Assembly: GCA_964016885.1 (NCBI GenBank)
Contig: OZ024742.1
Span: forward strand, 36,394,001 to 36,458,000
DNA length: 64,000 nucleotides
Origin: Eledone cirrhosa
Taxonomy: Eukaryota
Direction of reading: 5' to 3'
Part shown: piece by piece, positions 57,583-64,000 of the stretch
How positions within the stretch are numbered: position 1 is the stretch's first letter
Layout of the letters: the number at the start of each line of letters is the position of its first letter
Notes under the pieces: model-generated
Databases searched by the model: none
What the model was told of the DNA's origin: nothing
Seen by the model: the letters and a program-made list of their open reading frames with translations, nothing else
Program-made: the position numbers and the translations under genes

Positions 57583-57990
57583 ATGGTGGCTGCCAACTCG
57601 TTTTCGAGTACGGCCACTACTTTATATCCATGTAGGAAAACCCCTACCGATGCGCTGAACGAATGTGACTTTTTAGTCCAGCCAGCGACTTGAAAACTCT
57701 GGTACAAACACTACACTTGTGACAATTATTGACACATAGTGCTGGGCCCATGGTTCCATGTAACGACAAGTGAAGAGAGATCTCCAGATATAAAGCAATG
57801 CCTGTGCCGTGAAGCTTTTATAGTGAGCAAAGGCACTGCACAAAGCCAGTCCCACTCTCTTAACCAAGATGATATTTACCAAAAAGAAGAACAAGTCAAC
57901 ATCATTGGATACCATCAGGGTTGCAGGTGTTATATCAGAGTTTTCCTTCTCCTAGAATTCTGCCTTGACAAAGGCTAAGGGGTCATCTCT
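57583..57990 (-). mobile_element. Non-autonomous RTE-like element within (ATAC)n
   Basis: Near-identical to 25588-25993; (ATAC)n on both sides; a tail-only relative lies at 58115-58153. Confidence 0.88.
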
Positions 57991-58016
57991 CATACATACA
58001 TACATACATACATACA

Positions 58017-58047
<31 letters not shown>

Positions 58048-58171
58048 GTATGTATGTATATATACATACATACATACATACATACATACATACATACATA
58101 CATACATACATACATGATGGCTGCCCCCTCGATATCGAGTATGGCCATTGCACGAGAAGAAAAAAAAAATA

Positions 58172-58219
<48 letters not shown>

Positions 58220-59228
58220 CATTTGTGAAATAACAACTCTTAGTACAAATGCTACGTAAAGCACCCGGCTTGAGCCCCAAAAAATTCGGACCCAAAATAT
58301 ATTGTTATAAGGCTCAAATATTCAAATATTCAACTTTGTATTGTACACTGTATATCCAAAAAAAAAAAATGGCTATAAATGGAAGAAGAAGAACCCCTCC
58401 CCCCTCCTCTCCTCTGGCTACACTATATAGGACAGCTAAACTCACCAACACCAGAAACTAGATACACCACCCACCCCATCATCTGTGTACACTAAACACA
58501 ACAGCATTTTCACCTTCACCGCCACCGCTCACTACGGCCATCATTACCACCACTATCCCATCACCGCCGCCACCACCCCTTGACTCCTTCACTGCTGCTG
58601 CCACCGCTACAGCACCATCACTACAGTAATACGGTCGCATCACCGCCACCACTGCCTCAGTATCGACATCACCACCACCACTGTCTCAGTATCGCCAACG
58701 CCGCCCTCTCCCACTTCTCCCTGCTGGCTGCTACTACTACTTCCACATTATAGAATCCCTACTACTAACAAAGAGGAAGGCATCAAAATATATAGATAGA
58801 CTCAAAAGAAAAAAGAAAAAACAAACAACAAAACCAAAGCAGCACAGCAACAACAGCAAAAAACGAGAAAAACAAACAGAGAAAAACAAAAACAAAAAAA
58901 GAAACCCCAAAAACGTAAAGAAAATAAGAATGAAGAGAGAAGCAGGCGGACGGACAGAGAAGAGGGGGGGAAAAGTAAAACTTAAAAAACAAAAACTAAG
59001 TCAGACATTCGAATACTACATTACAATGAAACTTATGCTTATTCATTTTTGGGGCCCTTTCTGCCCGTGTGTTTGTTTGTTTATGTGTGTTCGTATACAG
59101 CGTGGTGATAATGCCACACAAGGGCCAAGTGGGATGGCGGATCCACAGATGGCTATGTAAACATACATTCGCCAATCCTCGATAAGAGTGTTTAAATATC
59201 GAACATAAACAGTTCGAATAACGGTGAA

Positions 59229-62200
59229 ATGGAGACTAGAACGTCATATGACAGACTCTCACCCAACAGGTGCCCCCTGGCTCAGCAGCAGGAACCTGAC
59301 TGTCAACCAAATACTGCTGATGTTGGAGGAAGAAGAAGAAGGAAAGGGGCCAGAACCAACTGGACGAAAGAATTGAATAGAACTGTTATGCAATGCTACC
59401 TGAAAAGTAACCCCAAGGAGAGGGGCTACAGGAGACGGATGCATAACATCTGGAACGAGATTGGTTTATTTAAATTAGATGAACAAAAATTGGCCGGGCA
59501 GGCTCGGGTAATAAGAACTAATGGGTGGATAAGCGAGCTGGAACTGGAGGAACTGAGCAGAGAGAATGGCTTGGAGATGGCGGGTGTAGTATGCCAGACA
59601 AGCGAGCCGGTGGGAAATGAAGGTGAGGAGGTCCTGAGAACGGAGGAACCACCCGAAGCAGACAATGATCTGAATACTGAGATAAATAATACCTGGAACA
59701 GAGATACGGCCACTGAGGAGATGAATGCTGACGGGCTAGGACAAGATTCGGTTGACATCCTAAATCTAGTGGTAGATGAATTGAACAATGATAGTGGGAG
59801 ACCTATGAACCTAAGATTTGTAGACAGGAAAAAGTTAAAAGAAACAACAGCTAAGGTAAACAAAGTCATCCCATACCTTGAGGCGAGGAGTCTTCACCAG
59901 TGCAACAATATCCTCAAAGCAACAGCAAATACGGTGAGGAAACTACTTGGTATAAAAGCGAGAGGAAACAACAGACAAGAAAGAGCAGAGCCGTGGTGGA
60001 AGAAGCGACTGAGTGGGCAAATCGGGGAAATGAGAAATCACATAGGAAAGCTTGAGTCACTACTGAATGGGACACAAAAAAACATAGGCACTAAAAATAG
60101 ACTGGAAATAAAATACAAAACTAGGAGTAAAAAGCTAAATATTATCATAGAGGAATTGAAGCAACGCATTGTAGCAAAGAGTGCCAAAATCAGGCGATAC
60201 GAGAACAGAGTCAGTCAGTATAAACAGAACCGCATGTTCGACAACAACCAGAAGATGCTGTTTGGACAGCTTGAGGGGAAAGAAAGAGGCAACGACTTGA
60301 TCCCTGGGGCGGAACAAGCTAAAACATTCTGGAGAGGAATATGGGAGCAGGATGTTAGACACAATGCCCAGGCAGGGTGGATTGAGACAGTACAGAGGGA
60401 GATCGGTGAGAAGGCACAACAACAGACTGATTTGAGTATCACAGTTGAAACTCTTAAGGGGCAAGCCAAAAAACTAACCAACTGGAAATCACCAGGCCCA
60501 GATGGTGTGCAGGGGTATTGGATTAAACATTTAACATCCCTCCACCCGAAGCTGACGGCCATGTTCAATGACTGCTTGGTGTCGGGTGAGGTGCCAGAGT
60601 GGTTGACAAAAGGTACCACAGTTCTGATAATGAAAGACCGAATCAAGGGTAATGATGTTACCAACTATAGACCTATCACATGTCTGCCCGTAATGTGGAA
60701 ACTGTTGACGAGCATTGTGTCTGAGGAAATCTACCATCACCTCCACACAAACAACTTGTTACCGGACGAACAGAAAGGATGCCGAAAGAAGTCACGTGGT
60801 ACAAAGGACCAGTTGCTTATTGATAAGATGGTAATGGGGAATTGCAGGAGGAGACACACTGATCTTGCCATGGGATGGATAGACTACAGAAAGGCATTTG
60901 ACATGGTGCCTCATTCCTGGATCACCAAAAGCCTGGAGGTCTTCAGGGTGGCAGATAATATCAGACAGTTGCTGGGCAGGAGTATGGGGTCCTGGGAGAC
61001 AGAGTTGACATCAACTGGAGTATCCTTGGGAAGCGTGAAAGCGTGAAGATCAAGAGAGGTATCTTCCAGGGAGATAGCCTGTCCCCTCTGTTGTTTGTCC
61101 TTGCCCTGATGCCCTTGACCATTATGCTGCGAAAAGTGAGAGCAGGATACAAGTTGGGAAGGGGAGAGCTTACCATCAATCACCTCCTCTTCATGGACGA
61201 TCTTAAGCTCTTCGGGAAAAGTGAGAAGGAGTTGGATGTGCTTGTTGACACTGTCCGTATTTTCAGCAGTGATATATGTATGCAGTTTGGTATTGGTAAA
61301 TGTGGAGTCATTGTGATGAAGAGGGGTAGGTTGAGCAGAAGTAACGGGATCCAGATACCAACAGGTGAGATGATAAAGGAAATTGACTCTGAGGAAGGAT
61401 ACAAGTATTTGGGCGTTCTGGAGGCTGATGGCATAAAGAACAAAAAAATGAAGGAATTGTTAAGAACTGAATACATTCGGAGAGTAAGGAGCGTATTGAA
61501 GTCACATCTGAACAGCAGAAATGCCATAAGCGCAGTAAATTCCCGAGCTGTGTCTATTATTAGGTACAGTGCGGGAATTCTGAGATGGAATGTTGCTGAA
61601 CAAAAAGAAATGGATAGGAAGACTAGGAAGCTATTGACTATCTACAACATGTTCCACAAGAGGAGTGATGTCGATAGACTCTACCTAAGGAGATCTGAGG
61701 GTGGAAGAGGTCTTATCAGCATAGAGGACTGTGTTCAGATGGAGAAAAACAACCTATACAAATACGTGACCTATAGTAAGGAGCCAATGCTCAGAACTGT
61801 ACTGAAGGAGGGGACAGTAGGCCAGGGGATGTCCAAGGAGGAAATAACATCAAGGAGGAAGAGCAGCCTTAAGGGAAAATCCCTTCATAGTACCTTCTTT
61901 GAGAAAACTGAATTTAGAGATCCACAGACATGGAACTGGTTGAGAAGAGGAGACCTCAAAAAGGCTACAGAAGGAATGCTAATGGCTGCGCAGGAGCAGG
62001 CCCTCAAAACGAAGTGGTTGAAGCACCATATCTACAAGGAGGAGGCTAGCCCACTGTGCAGGATCTGTGGAGAGAGAGAGGAGACTGTGGCTCACATTGT
62101 GTCCGAGTGTAAACACCTAGCCCAGACCCACTATAAGGGCTGGAGACACGATGTGATGGGCAGGGTGATCCACTGGCACCTATGCAAAGTAAACAATCTA

Positions 62201-62629
62201 CCACATTCTGAGAAATGGTATGAGCATAGGCCAGAGGCGGTGATGGAGAACAGTCAGGTGAAGGTGCTGTGGGATTTTAGGATACAGACGGACAAAAAAC
62301 TGGAACACAATAGACCTGACCTGGTGGTTGTGGACAAAGAAAAAAGATCGTGCCTGATTGTGGATGTGGCCTGCCCGTTCGACACGAGAGTGCAAGAGAA
62401 GGAGAGGGAGAAAATTAACCGATACCAGGACCTAAAGTGGGAGGTGAAAAGGATTTGGAACTGCCATGAAGTCAAAGTGATCCCGATTGTCATAGGCGCA
62501 CTGGGGACTATCTCCAAAGGTTTCCAGGGATGGTTAAAGAAAATCGGCCCCTTCACGCTTTTTGGAACGCTTCAAAAGGCATGCTTGCTTGGAACAGCAA
62601 GAACCCTCCGATACGTCCTGAATATCTGA
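59229..62629 (+). pseudogene. R4/Dong-type RT-RLE polyprotein, intact except for an 8-bp duplication at 61031-61046; the element ends in (TAA)n at ~62705
   Basis: WKSPGPDG, NYRPITCL, WIDYRKAFDMVPH, GIFQGDSLSPLLF, HLLFMDDLKL, CRIC..HIVSEC, RHD, RPDLVV, IVDVACPFD..EKINRY. Confidence 0.95.
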
Positions 62630-62820
62630 GGCTGCAGGTAGTGGCTTGATATTCAATCCAACGGACTTTCCAGTTAACCAACATCAATGACTGAGATTCA
62701 AGGAATAACAATAACAATAATAATAATAATAATAATAATAATATAATAATAATAATAAATAAATAGAAAGAAAAAAAAAAGAAATATATATATATATATA
62801 TACACGCACATACACACATA

Positions 62821-62855
<35 letters not shown>

Positions 62856-62888
62856 CCACATACATATACACACACATACATTAATAAC

Positions 62889-62920
<32 letters not shown>

Positions 62921-63025
62921 CAATAATAATAACGACAACAACAATAATGTTATACATATACATATATATATACACACACACGCACACACATAAGCATATC
63001 TACACACACACACTCACGATAGCAA

Positions 63026-64000
63026 CTAACAGTGCTGCGATCGAATGTGGCTTTTTAGCCCAGCCAATGATCTAAAATGTCTTGCACAGAGTCGGCAACC
63101 AAAACATTCACTGGGAATAGTCGGCTGTGGTTGGAGTTCGTGTACTTTTGCATGTCGCTTGAGCCCTCCTGCTGATTTACATTCTCTACCACATGTTTGG
63201 CAAGCATGATGAGTAGCATCTCCAACAGCAGCCTGGTAGTCAACCACTGGTCTTACTTTATGACTGCGAAGATGACTTTCGAGTCCAGCTTTGCTTAGGC
63301 AGAGTCTCGCACAGACGCTGCATGTCAGCACCATAGGAGGACCTTCGCTGTCTGGAAATGCAACTGTAAAGCCCTCCCTCACATCCCTCTTTACTTTCTC
63401 GTATGCGATTCGAGTTGCCTCAAAGGCAACTTTTCCCTCATATACAGTCTTTCTCCATTTATTACGATCAGCAGCAATATTCTCCCATGTATCAGCAGAG
63501 ATGTTAGCGTCTTTCAGAGAGGCTTTCAAGGAATCCTTATACCTCTTTTTTGGTTTATGTGGCGGTCGTTTTCCTTTAACCAACTCTCCATAAAAGAGTT
63601 GTTTTGGTATTCTAGAATCCTTCATCCTGGCAAGGTGACCACTCAAACGGAGTCGTTGCTTAAGCACAAGAGCTTCTATACTGTCACACATAGAGCTTTC
63701 CAAAATATCGACATCAGTGAACGCCATGGATCCGTCTGAGACACATCTGATGGAAACGCTCCAATTGCTTAAGGTGGTGTCGATATGTGACCCAGGTCTC
63801 GCAGGCATAAAGAAGACAAGAGAGCACACATGCCCTGTACACCTTTACCGTTGTCCTCCTGCATATGTCTCGCCGACCCCAGAGTCGCCTTCTCTAGCTT
63901 TCCGAAAGCATTACTTGCTTTCCTAATCCTAAGTGAGATTTCACTGTCAAGGTTGCTGTATGGATTGACTGCTTCCCAGGTAGACAAACTGATCAACCAC
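63026..64000 (-). pseudogene. RTE-clade LINE 3' region (runs off the window) with three C-terminal C2H2 zinc fingers
   Basis: EISLRIRKASNAFGKL; RLRLSGHLARMKDSRIPKQLFYGEL..GKRP; CSVC..HLRSH, CQTC..HAKVH, CRLC..HIRSQH; frameshifts in 63720-63900. Confidence 0.9.

Noticed and set aside
59045-59180. HDV-like ribozyme upstream of the Dong ORF
   Set aside because: Some pairing is possible (ggccctt/aagggcc), but no nested double pseudoknot could be assigned.

Overview
This is a repeat-saturated, AT-rich eukaryotic non-genic (intergenic or intronic) window. The SINE families and extreme microsatellite load suggest an octopus or other cephalopod; that assignment is inference. No host protein-coding gene could be supported, and almost all ORF-track entries are translations of (TA)n, (TG)n, (GTAT)n or (CCA)n repeats. 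The real coding content is retroelements: (i) two copies of one Penelope-like family (RT + GIY-YIG) and one Naiad-type Penelope-like element; (ii) two near full-length R4/Dong-type RLE non-LTR retrotransposons plus a 3' fragment, one broken only by an 8-bp duplication; (iii) several RTE-clade fragments, two ending in three tandem C2H2 zinc fingers. The notable non-coding layer is about 12 hammerhead-ribozyme motifs of at least 5 sequence families, many inside fold-back (palindromic) Penelope-end relics in (TA)n tracts. One is a ~460-bp rod-like palindrome with a hammerhead on each strand. There is also a (GTAT)n-embedded non-autonomous RTE-like element family with candidate structured-RNA motifs. 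Coordinates were read by eye and element boundaries are approximate.
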